The notes beneath the pieces were generated by a model. It saw only the letters and a list, made by a program, of their open reading frames with translations, ran no database searches and was not told where the DNA came from. Shown in pieces: positions 7,865 to 17,730 of a DNA stretch of 53,677 nt. Location of the stretch: IMG/VR virus record IMGVR_UViG_3300045988_182168, positions 1-53,677 of that record; one strand, given 5' to 3'. Source of the stretch: a virus. Within the stretch, counting starts at the first letter, position 1, and every line of letters begins with the position of its first letter. The position numbers were made by a program, and so were the translations under genes.

Positions 7865-9137
7865 AAGTTTTGAGTATGGTGTATTCAGTAAGAAAGCATT
7901 AGATTTTTTGGATAATAGTGATGTATTCCTGAACATTCTGCATGGGTCAGTAAGGTCAAGTAAAACAACCAATGCTAATGTCAGATGGTTAAACTTCCAA
8001 GCAAATAGCCCTCATGATAAATTTCTCCTGACAGGTAAAACAAGAGATACTATTGAACGGAATGTTATTGAAGATCTAATCAAAATGGTTCATGGTAAAT
8101 TATATTATGACTATGATAAATATGATGGTTACTTGGACATTGGAGATAAAAGAACTTATATTGTTGGATTCAATGATGAGGGAGCAACTGCTAGAATACA
8201 AGGTATGACTGTTGCAGGATGGTATGGTGATGAAGCTGCCACAGCACCAGAATCAGCCATCAAAATGGCAATGTCGAGGTGTAGTCTTTCAGGGGCACAA
8301 ATATTCTTGACAATGAACCCTGACAGTCCTTATCATTATATTTATAAACAATACATCAATAATCCTGAATTACGAAAGAAAGGTATTGCTAAAGTATGGC
8401 ATTTCACTCTAGAGGATAATCCGAACTTAACTCCAGGATATATTGATAATCTGAAAGCATTATACAGTGCAAGCAAGCTTCAATATGACAGATATATTCT
8501 TGGAAGATGGGTTATTGCTGAAGGAGCTATTTATGATAAATTTGTTGAATCTGAAAACACTTTCAGATATAGGCCTAAACTTCATGATATTAATATTTGC
8601 TGTGATTATGGAGTTAGCACAGTCACCACGTTTGGTGTAATGGGTATCAAGAGAGATGTTGTTGAAGGAAATTCATATTACTTGTTAGATGAAACATATT
8701 ATGATGCTGAAGTTGAAGGAGTTACTCAATCTGATGATGAAAGAGTGGATGATATTGTGACCTTACAAAACCAGTATAAACTTGATAGTAATAATACATT
8801 GTATTTACCTCACGATGCAGCATCATTAAAGACTGCCTGTGAAAAAGATAAAAGAATCAGGATGGAAGTTAAAACATACACTCCTGATGTTAATGCAGAT
8901 ATTGCAACAATACAAAGCCTCATAGCTACCCGTAGATTCAAGATACATGTGAACTGTAAGAACAGTATTGAACAAGCTCAAACTTACTGTTGGGATAAAC
9001 AATCCCAACAACGTGGAGAAGATAAACCATTAAAACAAGATGATCACTGTCCCGATATGTGGCGTGGTGGAATCTGTGGACCAATGAAAACAGCTAAAAA
9101 ACAAATTTATCATGCACCACGGAGAATTAAATTATGA
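7824..9137 (+). CDS. terL: terminase large subunit (PBSX/Terminase_3-like)
   Basis: Walker A-like 'HGSVRSSKTT', Walker B 'WYGDEAA', C-terminal nuclease-like region. Size and position fit. Confidence 0.85.
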   Translation: MPSKNRGKYIKPIKSFEYGVFSKKALDFLDNSDVFLNILHGSVRSSKTTNANVRWLNFQANSPHDKFLLTGKTRDTIERNVIEDLIKMVHGKLYYDYDKYDGYLDIGDKRTYIVGFNDEGATARIQGMTVAGWYGDEAATAPESAIKMAMSRCSLSGAQIFLTMNPDSPYHYIYKQYINNPELRKKGIAKVWHFTLEDNPNLTPGYIDNLKALYSASKLQYDRYILGRWVIAEGAIYDKFVESENTFRYRPKLHDINICCDYGVSTVTTFGVMGIKRDVVEGNSYYLLDETYYDAEVEGVTQSDDERVDDIVTLQNQYKLDSNNTLYLPHDAASLKTACEKDKRIRMEVKTYTPDVNADIATIQSLIATRRFKIHVNCKNSIEQAQTYCWDKQSQQRGEDKPLKQDDHCPDMWRGGICGPMKTAKKQIYHAPRRIKL

Positions 9138-10423
9138 ATTGGAAAAACAATAGAATAGTTAAAGGAATAAAGAATCTTCCAGCTATTCGTGAACCTAAAA
9201 GGTCTGAAGCAGACAAATTAAGATTAAGTCACCTTTGGGCACTACAACCAAGAGTAAAAGATATTGGTTTAAATATTGGAACATACTTTGAAGCAGGGGA
9301 TATGCCATGGGTAAGAGTTTGCAGAAGAGTCATAAAGAATAGAGTTATCTCCCTGGGTTATCAAGTTACTAATCCTGACGAATCATTCAATCATCCATCA
9401 ACTGTCAACTACTTAAATAATTTACTGAAAAATCCTATGGGAATATATGCGGGGGAATTCTTTGAAACATATATTACACGTATGTTAGATAGCTTCCTAG
9501 TTACGGGAGATGGTTTTGCACGTGTGCATTATAATGAAGTATTTGAGGGTATACCTGAAGGATTAGAATTCATTCCTTTTGAATGGATGATGTATGATTA
9601 TACAACTGACCAATGGGGTTTGAAATATAATAATGTTCGTTTTGAAAATGATGAGATAATTCATTTCCATGAACCGGGAATACGAGGGGAAAAATGGGGA
9701 ACTAGTCTCATTGATTCACTAGCTAGATATCTTGCTTTACAATTGTATGGTTTGAAATATAATACCAGCGTTTTTGAAAATAATGGTATTAATCCTAAAG
9801 CTGTGATGAATTATGATCTTAATATTGAATATGATGATTTATTGCGTGAGATTGAAAGATTAGAAAAGGATCGTAAGGAAAATCCTGACGGTGTTCTGAT
9901 TGTTCAAGGTGCTGAGTATATACAAACACAGACTAGTAATAAGGATATGCAATACATTGACTTGGAACACTTAGTGAGGGATATTACATTATCCATATAT
10001 GGAGTTACTCCTGCAGAAGCAGGAATTATCGAGTCAGGTAATCTTGGAGGAGGTACTGGTCAATCACAAAAAGAAACAGTGAAAGCAAATTTAAGTGGTT
10101 GGTTGAAATTATTTGAAGGTGCACACAACAAAGTCTTTGGCCGTTCAGGGTTTGAAGAACTATTTGGATTCACAGAGATGGACTTGGAAGACAAAGAAAA
10201 ACGAGCATCTATTGAAGATAAACAACTTAGAAATGGATCTACATTTGTTAATGAAATTCGTGCAGGTTATGGTCTTGACCCTGTTGATTGGGGGGATAGA
10301 CCATTATCTTATGCAGGTAATAATGGTTTAAATGAACTTAACTCTGAACCAGATGCTCAAAAACAATTACAAACTTATCGCAAAGCATTAACTATTGAAA
10401 GATTAAAGGCTGATTACCAATGA
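9134..10423 (+). CDS. portal protein
   Basis: 429 aa, ATGA-coupled to terL. Position and size typical of HK97/SPP1-type portals. Confidence 0.75.
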   Translation: MNWKNNRIVKGIKNLPAIREPKRSEADKLRLSHLWALQPRVKDIGLNIGTYFEAGDMPWVRVCRRVIKNRVISLGYQVTNPDESFNHPSTVNYLNNLLKNPMGIYAGEFFETYITRMLDSFLVTGDGFARVHYNEVFEGIPEGLEFIPFEWMMYDYTTDQWGLKYNNVRFENDEIIHFHEPGIRGEKWGTSLIDSLARYLALQLYGLKYNTSVFENNGINPKAVMNYDLNIEYDDLLREIERLEKDRKENPDGVLIVQGAEYIQTQTSNKDMQYIDLEHLVRDITLSIYGVTPAEAGIIESGNLGGGTGQSQKETVKANLSGWLKLFEGAHNKVFGRSGFEELFGFTEMDLEDKEKRASIEDKQLRNGSTFVNEIRAGYGLDPVDWGDRPLSYAGNNGLNELNSEPDAQKQLQTYRKALTIERLKADYQ

Positions 10424-11928
10424 CAACTGCGGCAAGTGAACATAGAATATGCACAAACAAACTTCTCATGGATATCATAGAGTTTGATAAAGCATTATTC
10501 GATACTTCTAATTTATCTGTTGACGAAATAAAATACTTCAACAGCATCATAGATGGATTTAATAATCAAACTCAATTCTATATTGATTGGTTAGATTCAG
10601 ATGAAGCACGAAGAATCTTCTATGAAAACGAACAATACAACGACCATACATTTGCTAAAATAGATGAACAGATTAAAGAAATAGTTCATGATACCAGTTT
10701 AAAAGCAGATGAAATCATATCACGTATCTATGATTCAGGATTACAGGCAGGTGCTGATGAGATAAAAAGAACCCGATACTATAACGATGCAACAAAATAT
10801 GGTCTACATTTTCTACAATCATATAACTTTGAATTAATCAGCAATGTTAATGATGATTTGAAAAACCATATACGGGAAGAAATATTCGCAGGTATTGCTG
10901 CTGGTGAAGGAATGCCGGAAGTAGCTAAGCGAATATTAGATGCTACTAATCATTCATTAACTGGTAAAACATTATCTGCTCGTCAAAGAGCTATGATGAT
11001 TGCTCGTACTGAATCAGCACGTGCAATGACACAAGGTCGTTTGCAGTCTTATGCTAATTATGGTGTACATGAGGTTAAGATTTTAACTGCGGGTGATGAT
11101 AATGTATGTGCTATTTGTCGAGAAGCAGAAACAAAGATTTATCTTATAGAGAATGCAGGTGATTTAGTACCTTTCCATCCATTATGCAGATGCTCCGTGA
11201 TGGCATATATAAGACATGGAATTCTAGTTAGAAGGCCATTAGAAAATCCTAAGTTTATGGATTGCACTCCGAATAATAAAAATGATAAAGTTGAAAGGCC
11301 AGAAATTAAATGGACAACAAAATCATTACGAAAACAATTAGAATCCATTGCAGATCCTGAAGATTTAGATAATTTAACAGATGAAGTCATGAAATATATG
11401 TATGGTCTGCAAAATAAAAATATGGAATATTTAAATGCAGTTGATGGGGAAGGTAATGTAATTTGCAATCAATTTACACAAAACAACATGGGAAGTGTAG
11501 ATTTATGTGAAAAAGCAAAATTAGTAAATAACTTATTTATGGTGATACATAATCATCCGGGTGGAAATCCGTATCACTCATTAGCAGATGTTGAAATGTT
11601 TACCCTTTATAATCTGAAGTATAGCATTTCATTTACTGAAAATAAAGGAATCAAAATTTTTAAAAATCAAAATTTCAAGAAATTTGATGATGATTCTGCA
11701 TATAAAATTAATAAAATATGGAAGGATAGTTATCAAGAAATAAAAGATGAATGTTATTTTGTACGTAAAAATGAGTTCAATAATGTAAAAAAATATTCTA
11801 CAAATAAAGCTAGGGATAATGCTATGATTATTGATGAATATTTCATTGAGAATTTATATCGTATTGTTAATACATCAAATAAACAATTTTCTAAATATCA
11901 TGTTGAAGTAAGCTATATCAATCCATAA
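10420..11928 (+). CDS. MuF/SPP1 gp7-like head morphogenesis protein fused to a C-terminal JAB/MPN (JAMM) domain
   Basis: 'ARTESARAMTQGR...VCAICRE...PFHPLCRCSV' MuF core. C-terminal 'HNHPGGNPYHSLAD' matches the HxHx7Sx2D JAMM motif exactly. Confidence 0.8.
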   Translation: MTTAASEHRICTNKLLMDIIEFDKALFDTSNLSVDEIKYFNSIIDGFNNQTQFYIDWLDSDEARRIFYENEQYNDHTFAKIDEQIKEIVHDTSLKADEIISRIYDSGLQAGADEIKRTRYYNDATKYGLHFLQSYNFELISNVNDDLKNHIREEIFAGIAAGEGMPEVAKRILDATNHSLTGKTLSARQRAMMIARTESARAMTQGRLQSYANYGVHEVKILTAGDDNVCAICREAETKIYLIENAGDLVPFHPLCRCSVMAYIRHGILVRRPLENPKFMDCTPNNKNDKVERPEIKWTTKSLRKQLESIADPEDLDNLTDEVMKYMYGLQNKNMEYLNAVDGEGNVICNQFTQNNMGSVDLCEKAKLVNNLFMVIHNHPGGNPYHSLADVEMFTLYNLKYSISFTENKGIKIFKNQNFKKFDDDSAYKINKIWKDSYQEIKDECYFVRKNEFNNVKKYSTNKARDNAMIIDEYFIENLYRIVNTSNKQFSKYHVEVSYINP

Positions 11929-11986
11929 TTATATATAATAATTGGTATAATACTTTAATTAAGTAATTAATATTTGAGGGATTGAT

Positions 11987-12166
11987 ATGAGTGGACCTTT
12001 TTATGATCTTTCAGTGACTGAATTGATGGCTTATGATATTACTTGGGATATGAGTACTACTGAAGAGCGTCATCAGCTTGAAGAACAAATTAAAGCTGAA
12101 GACCCTAAAAAATGGGAAGAATTCAAACGTGAAATGATTCTAATTTATGGATCTTTAGAATATTAA
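11987..12166 (+). CDS. small acidic hypothetical protein (59 aa)
   Basis: ATG 11987 after TGAGGG. Below the ORF-track cutoff, translated by hand. Confidence 0.35.
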   Translation: MSGPFYDLSVTELMAYDITWDMSTTEERHQLEEQIKAEDPKKWEEFKREMILIYGSLEY

Positions 12167-12172
12167 TTTTCT

Positions 12173-12358
12173 TTATTTTTTTTTGGATTTAATCATTTTT
12201 TTGCTTGTTCTTTTTCCTTTGGGATTTGGTTTGTAAGGATTTTGAACTTTTGGTTCTTTGACTGGCTTTTCTTGTTTTTCAGTCAAAATTATCACCTCCA
12301 TTTTATATTTTGTTATTTTAATTTTTTTATTTTCTAATCTATATAAACCATCTTTCAA
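12173..12358 (-). CDS. lysine-rich hypothetical protein (doubtful)
   Basis: 61-aa minus-strand ORF in a long non-coding gap. No convincing SD. Confidence 0.2.
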   Translation of the reverse strand: MKDGLYRLENKKIKITKYKMEVIILTEKQEKPVKEPKVQNPYKPNPKGKRTSKKMIKSKKK

Positions 12359-12372
12359 TTTTTTTTATCGTA

Positions 12373-12415
12373 TGGTGGAAATTATCTTGGCAGGGTTCGA
12401 TTCCCTGATCCACCA
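12373..12415 (+). other. tRNA-like minihelix (acceptor stem plus canonical T-arm, D and anticodon arms missing)
   Basis: TGGTGGA...TCCACCA acceptor pairing around CAGGG-TTCGATT-CCCTG. Confidence 0.5.
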
Positions 12416-12914
12416 CAAAAAAAATAAAATAATGTGTGAACTGAACTTTTTATAAATAGGAAAAAAAGGTTTTAAGACTGGTGTCTAAAACATATTTTCC
12501 CATTTCTTAAATAGTTAAAACAATATTTTAAGTACCTTCTTTCCCAGAGTAAACTGGGTTAACAAATCCTTTATACACCAGTTAACTTCTATCAGCTAAT
12601 AATTTTCCCCTTTTTTTGAAACACATAGTTTGGGAAAAAAACACCATAAAAATAATTTTGAGGTTTTAAAAGAAAAAAAAGAATATCCAATTTTTGTGCA
12701 TACAAACGAATTTTTTTTATATTCTTATGTAAATTAATTTATAAAAAAACTATCAATATTTTCTTTAATATAATCTCAAAATTATTTAATTCACTTCTTT
12801 TTTTTATTATCATCATGTGGGATTGCTACTTATTAAAAAAAATATTATATAAGGGTTTAAATCCCTAATCCCACTTCTCTAAAAAAAAATAATAATATTG
12901 TAGTTGAAATAATT

Positions 12915-13982
12915 ATGACAGTTAAAACTGAAGACAAGCTGCTATTCAAATGGTATGCTCCATCAACACATAAATCATATAATTTAAATGATGATGGAAC
13001 GTTAACCATAGAAGGAGTGGCATCTACAACAAATCGAGATTTAGAAGGAGATGTTATTCTTCAATCTGCAATTGATTCAATGAAGATTCAACTAACTACA
13101 ACTAGAAAAAATCTTCATGGGGATCACGAGTATACTCTCTTAAAAGGAATCCTTGGAGCTATTACTAAAGTTGTAGATTCAGATAATAATGTCTTGAAAA
13201 TCCGAGCCACAATCTTATCTAAATTTGCTCCTCTTATTAAGGAGATGTTAGACATTGGTGTGCAGCTTGGATTAAGTATAGGTGGTAGAATAAAAGACTA
13301 TGACCAAACCAATGATGGGTGGGAGATAAAGGATATTGACCTTTTTGAGATTAGTCTTACAGGCATGCCAGCTAACTATGACACATTCGGAACAGTCACC
13401 ACAGCTAAAAATGTGGATGTTGTTGAAACTAAATGTTTAGCTGGAGCATGCCATATTTTAAGAAAAAACATGGAGTCAAACAAAATGCCAGGAGAAAATA
13501 ATTCTCAGAACAATGGACCATATGTTACTGAAGAACAAGTTAAAAGTATCTGCAAAGATTTTATGGATGAATATCTTGCAGAAAACAAAGAAGAAATTCA
13601 AAGTACTGTGATTGAAGCAGTTAAAGCAGATATTGAAAGAATTATTGATGAAAAGATTAGAGAGTTAACTGAACCTCAACCTCCAGCAAACAATAACAAT
13701 AATGGAGACAATGTAGGGGAAAAAGCTCTTGTTGAAGAGTTAAAATCCTTAAAATCAGAACTTTTAGATGAAATCAATAAAAACAAATTCACTGATGAAG
13801 ATTTCCAAAAAGGATTAGCAGATTATATTAACAAAAATCGTAATCCGAACCCAACTCCAGCACCGCAAAACCACAGCGATGATGAAGGTGAAGTGAATAC
13901 AACTAAAACTTTCACTACTGAAGAAATCTTCAAAAACATTGGAGCTAATCAAAAATCCTCTGGATTATTATCCAGATTATGA
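12915..13982 (+). CDS. HK97-family prohead serine protease with C-terminal scaffold-like coiled coil
   Basis: 'TIEGVASTTNRDLEGDVI', 'LHGDHE', 'GLSIGG' and 'EISLTGMPAN' match the S78/U35 prohead protease pattern. Acidic helical C-terminal half. Confidence 0.85.
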   Translation: MTVKTEDKLLFKWYAPSTHKSYNLNDDGTLTIEGVASTTNRDLEGDVILQSAIDSMKIQLTTTRKNLHGDHEYTLLKGILGAITKVVDSDNNVLKIRATILSKFAPLIKEMLDIGVQLGLSIGGRIKDYDQTNDGWEIKDIDLFEISLTGMPANYDTFGTVTTAKNVDVVETKCLAGACHILRKNMESNKMPGENNSQNNGPYVTEEQVKSICKDFMDEYLAENKEEIQSTVIEAVKADIERIIDEKIRELTEPQPPANNNNNGDNVGEKALVEELKSLKSELLDEINKNKFTDEDFQKGLADYINKNRNPNPTPAPQNHSDDEGEVNTTKTFTTEEIFKNIGANQKSSGLLSRL

Positions 13983-14004
13983 ACAAACAAGGAGGAATAA
14001 ACAT

Positions 14005-15243
14005 ATGTCTGAAGAAATGACATTAAAAGATTTACAATCCAATTTCATGGATTTGAACAGTGGTATGCAAGAATTACAAAAAGCAATGCAAACAACAATG
14101 AATGCAAATGCAGTAATGCCTGTTGAATGGGATCCTGAACTCAAGAAAAGAGTATCATTACAAACCCCATATCTGGAATTCCTAAAAAGCCAAGGTTGTG
14201 TAAAATCAACAGCAAAAGTAAAAGTAGGGTACAAATTAAAAGAAAACAAAACCAGAACTAACTTCATGTTAGAAGATGATGAAATTCAATCTTACACCCC
14301 ATCTGACTTTGATAAAAGAGTAGCTTTCATGAAGATATTGCACTACAATATTAACATGGGAGATATTGCAGAAAAAGCAGCTGAATTTGATTTATTCAAA
14401 GATGACCTTGAAGATGGTTTAATTGATATGGCAAACACATTAGATTACACTTTACTTGAAGGAGCTGGTGAAGAAGAAACTAAAGATTTCAAAGGTTTAT
14501 TCAAAACTATCCACACTAACACATTTGACTTAGGAGGGGACTTATTAACTAAAGATGATATTGTTTCTATTGTTGAAGCTATCATTCAAGAAAATGGTTA
14601 TCCAACTGGATTAGTCGCTACTCCAGAAGTAGCAAATCAAATAAATGATTTGTACTTCCCAGGAACTGTTAAACCATTAGAATATGAATTAACTGCAGGA
14701 TACAAAGTAACTGGTATTTACACTGCAGCAGGAAACATCATTCCAATCATTGTTGATAGGCATGTTGACACTAGTAAAGGTGAAAAATTAGCGGTTGTTG
14801 ATACATCAAGTATTAAAGTACGCGAATTCCAACCTCCTACTGTTGTACCATTTGCTAAAACTAAATTAGCTACAAGTCAATCAATTATTCAAGTTATTAC
14901 TCAATATAATGATGCTGAATATAAAAATGGTATGATTACTGGTATTGGTCGTGATGAAGACAGAAAAACTAAAACAAAATTAGGTAACATTAACTTTAAC
15001 ATCATGGGCACTGATGGCAAACCGGTTAAAGGAGCTAAAGTCAGTTTTACTGATAAAAAGAACAATGTTTTCAAATCAGGAACTAGTAACAATCGTGGAT
15101 TAGCTGAAATGATTCAGGTACCATATGGAACATACAAGGTAGATTATGATACAATCCCATCTGGTTACACTAAAATTGATATTGCAGATTATGATGTATC
15201 TGCAGCTGAATCTAGAGTTAGCTTAATACTCACTAAAAACTAA
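14005..15243 (+). CDS. major capsid protein (HK97 fold inferred) with C-terminal Ig-like/CarboxypepD_reg-like domain
   Basis: ATG 14005 after AAGGAGGA. Follows the protease. The C-terminal ~85 aa 'GNINFNIMGTDGKPVKGAKVSF...VPYGTYKVDYDTIPSGYT' form a separate beta-sandwich-like module. Confidence 0.75.
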   Translation: MSEEMTLKDLQSNFMDLNSGMQELQKAMQTTMNANAVMPVEWDPELKKRVSLQTPYLEFLKSQGCVKSTAKVKVGYKLKENKTRTNFMLEDDEIQSYTPSDFDKRVAFMKILHYNINMGDIAEKAAEFDLFKDDLEDGLIDMANTLDYTLLEGAGEEETKDFKGLFKTIHTNTFDLGGDLLTKDDIVSIVEAIIQENGYPTGLVATPEVANQINDLYFPGTVKPLEYELTAGYKVTGIYTAAGNIIPIIVDRHVDTSKGEKLAVVDTSSIKVREFQPPTVVPFAKTKLATSQSIIQVITQYNDAEYKNGMITGIGRDEDRKTKTKLGNINFNIMGTDGKPVKGAKVSFTDKKNNVFKSGTSNNRGLAEMIQVPYGTYKVDYDTIPSGYTKIDIADYDVSAAESRVSLILTKN

Positions 15244-15272
15244 AACATACTCTAAAAAGGAGGCTCGTAATT

Positions 15273-15662
15273 ATGGCTATTGAATTACCTCCTTTCTCTA
15301 AAATTTACAAACAAAGAGAAGGAGTAGACAAATTTTTCTATGATAAATTAGTTGAAGTGGTTGAAGTAGTTAATGCATTAACTGAAGCTAAAACCAGTAA
15401 AGTTAACCTCTCAGTAAAAGATGATAATGCCGAGGGGGTTGCTGGGGCTCAAGTAACTTTAACCAGTGGTGGAAATACTTACACTTCGGGGGATACAGGT
15501 AATGCTGGAGGAGCATCAATTAATAAGGTTCCTTATGGAGTATATTCAGTAACTGTCACTGTACCTGAAGGATACACTGCATTAGCATCCTATGATAATG
15601 TTACTGTTAACTCCGAAAATACTAGTGTAAATTTAACTGTTAATAAGAATACAACTATCTGA
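15273..15662 (+). CDS. head decoration protein (putative) with the same Ig-like module
   Basis: 'VNLSVKDDNAEGVAGAQVTLTS...VPYGVYSVTVTVPEGYT' parallels the capsid C-terminal domain. Confidence 0.5.
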   Translation: MAIELPPFSKIYKQREGVDKFFYDKLVEVVEVVNALTEAKTSKVNLSVKDDNAEGVAGAQVTLTSGGNTYTSGDTGNAGGASINKVPYGVYSVTVTVPEGYTALASYDNVTVNSENTSVNLTVNKNTTI

Positions 15663-15746
15663 GAGGAAACTCCAGAACAATGATAAAGTATTCACATAAA
15701 TAATATTTTTTTTTTAAAAATAAATGCTTTGGGAGTTTTTAGAATT

Positions 15747-16325
15747 ATGCAAAACATGAATATTGATACTGAATGTGTAAAATCGTTTTTAACTTCCAAA
15801 AACATTTCTCCAGAATCTTATGATGATGAAACAATAACTAAAATGCTTGAAATTCAATTGAGAAAAATTGAATCCGAAACTGGAATAAATATATTTCCAG
15901 TAGCACATGTTGATACTGAATTCAATTTCAACTGGGATAGTCAAGATTACAACATCAAACATTATCCAGTTCAAACAATATTCCAAGTCAAAGTAGATTG
16001 TACAAGAATATACCCGAAGGATTATATTCTTGATAAGGAAAATGGTAAGTTAAGATTCTTGAAGAAATTAGAGGAAGGAGAAGCATTAATTGTACAATAC
16101 ACAAGTAAAGAATCAGATAGTTTCATTAATTCAAAGATATTGCCATTGGCTTATGATATGCTTCTATATGAGTTAGACTCATCTCCAACCAAAAATGCAT
16201 CCAGTGTGAAAGAAAAAGATGTATCTCTTAACTTTGATACAAATAACTCTTTAATTGCATTAATAAATCAGCGCATGAACACCTTGAAAAATAGTAGGCG
16301 AAAACCACTTACAAGGATGTTATAA
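15747..16325 (+). CDS. head-tail connector (gp6-like)
   Basis: Position after the capsid genes. N-terminal region resembles gp6-like connectors. ATG 15747 after GGGAG. Confidence 0.5.
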   Translation: MQNMNIDTECVKSFLTSKNISPESYDDETITKMLEIQLRKIESETGINIFPVAHVDTEFNFNWDSQDYNIKHYPVQTIFQVKVDCTRIYPKDYILDKENGKLRFLKKLEEGEALIVQYTSKESDSFINSKILPLAYDMLLYELDSSPTKNASSVKEKDVSLNFDTNNSLIALINQRMNTLKNSRRKPLTRML

Positions 16326-16327
16326 TT

Positions 16328-16684
16328 ATGATTCCTTTTTTCAATAATGCTACTATAAAATTATATTCTTATAATGAATGTGATGAAGATTTTTTTGGAG
16401 AAAAACATGAATATCAATGTAAAGGCGAATATCCTGCAGATGTCCAACCATTATCTCCAGAATCATCTCAAAGAGTTTTTGGTAAAATTTTACAAGATAC
16501 ATATAATGTTTACTTGAATATTAATGTCCCAATTAAAGATACAGACTTAATAAGGATTCCTGATGAAGGTACTTTTGAAATAGTAGGATCTGTGGAAACA
16601 TGGAATCATGGTTTGATAAATCATAAAAAACTCACAATCAAAAAACTTAGAAAAGAGGAGATTAATTATGAGCATGTCGATTAA
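16328..16684 (+). CDS. head-tail adaptor / head closure protein
   Basis: 118 aa. Position and size match the Phage_H_T_join class. Confidence 0.5.
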   Translation: MIPFFNNATIKLYSYNECDEDFFGEKHEYQCKGEYPADVQPLSPESSQRVFGKILQDTYNVYLNINVPIKDTDLIRIPDEGTFEIVGSVETWNHGLINHKKLTIKKLRKEEINYEHVD

Positions 16685-17111
16685 TATCCAATTTAGTAAA
16701 CATTTTGAACAGGTGGTTGGTGCAGACATTACTAAAATAGCCGATAAAGCATTGCAAAGAACTATTGCCGAAGCAGATAGCATATGTCAACAAGAAGCAC
16801 CTGTAAAAACAGGAAACCTTAGAAGGAGTATTGGAACTTCCCATCCAAGTATTTGTAGGGTTTGTTTAACATCTAATGCTAAATATTGGAGAGTTATACA
16901 ATATGGTTCAAAGGCACATACTATAACTGGAAATCCATTATTAGCTTGGAAAGGAAAAGAGGATGGTAAAATGCATTTTGCAAGAAAAGTTAATCATCCA
17001 GGTACTGAAGCTAATCCTTTTGTCACACGTACTGCAAAGAGGATTGTTGGAGAAAATATTATTCAACTAAATATTCAGGACATACTTATTGCTGAAGGTA
17101 TAATGGGGTGA
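16668..17111 (+). CDS. HK97 gp10-like neck/tail component
   Basis: 'QQEAPVKTGNLRRSI' matches the gp10-family P-x-x-TG-x-L-R-x-S signature. Confidence 0.65.
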   Translation: MSMSINIQFSKHFEQVVGADITKIADKALQRTIAEADSICQQEAPVKTGNLRRSIGTSHPSICRVCLTSNAKYWRVIQYGSKAHTITGNPLLAWKGKEDGKMHFARKVNHPGTEANPFVTRTAKRIVGENIIQLNIQDILIAEGIMG

Positions 17112-17118
17112 AATATTA

Positions 17119-17730
17119 ATGTATCCTATTGTAAATGCATTTTGGGAACTTCTTAAAGGTAACATTACTTATGAAGATAAAACAATTCCTATTGTGAAAA
17201 GATTAAAATCAAAAGATAAAACCCCTTGCATTACTCTTGACATTGCTTCAGACATGCAAATAAATAGAGATTATCGGACAGATAAAACTCAAAGAATTGT
17301 ACTTGAACATAGTGCTGAAATATGGGTTAATATATGGTGTGACACAGAAGAAGAAAGACATACTATATTAAGTCAAATAAGATTACTGTTTTTCAAAGCA
17401 TTAGGAAATCATTACACTACATGCAGCCATTACAATGATGGAACATGCAACTTTTTAGATAGGGAATGTGAGGCATTAACTGTCATGAATGGTAGATCCG
17501 CAAAGAGCCAATGCCCACATCCAAAAAGAAATGATTACACTAGTTGGTTCAAAAAACATCATATCATCAAAAGATCATTCAGATTATCAGGTATTTCTGA
17601 AATGGATGAACTGGATGTTGCAGAACCAGTTTTGAGAACATTAATCAAATTTGATTTGAATTATATTATGTCACATGACCTTGGAGGAATTGTGGCAACT
17701 GATTTAACAATTGAAGATGATTTAAGATGA
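17119..17730 (+). CDS. Cys-rich neck/tail completion protein (putative)
   Basis: 203-aa ORF between the neck and sheath genes. Confidence 0.35.
   Translation: MYPIVNAFWELLKGNITYEDKTIPIVKRLKSKDKTPCITLDIASDMQINRDYRTDKTQRIVLEHSAEIWVNIWCDTEEERHTILSQIRLLFFKALGNHYTTCSHYNDGTCNFLDRECEALTVMNGRSAKSQCPHPKRNDYTSWFKKHHIIKRSFRLSGISEMDELDVAEPVLRTLIKFDLNYIMSHDLGGIVATDLTIEDDLR

Noticed and set aside
12258-12455. Plus-strand ORF covering the tRNA-like minihelix
   Set aside because: The product is low complexity and hydrophobic, with no SD. The RNA-like structure explains the conserved-looking part better.
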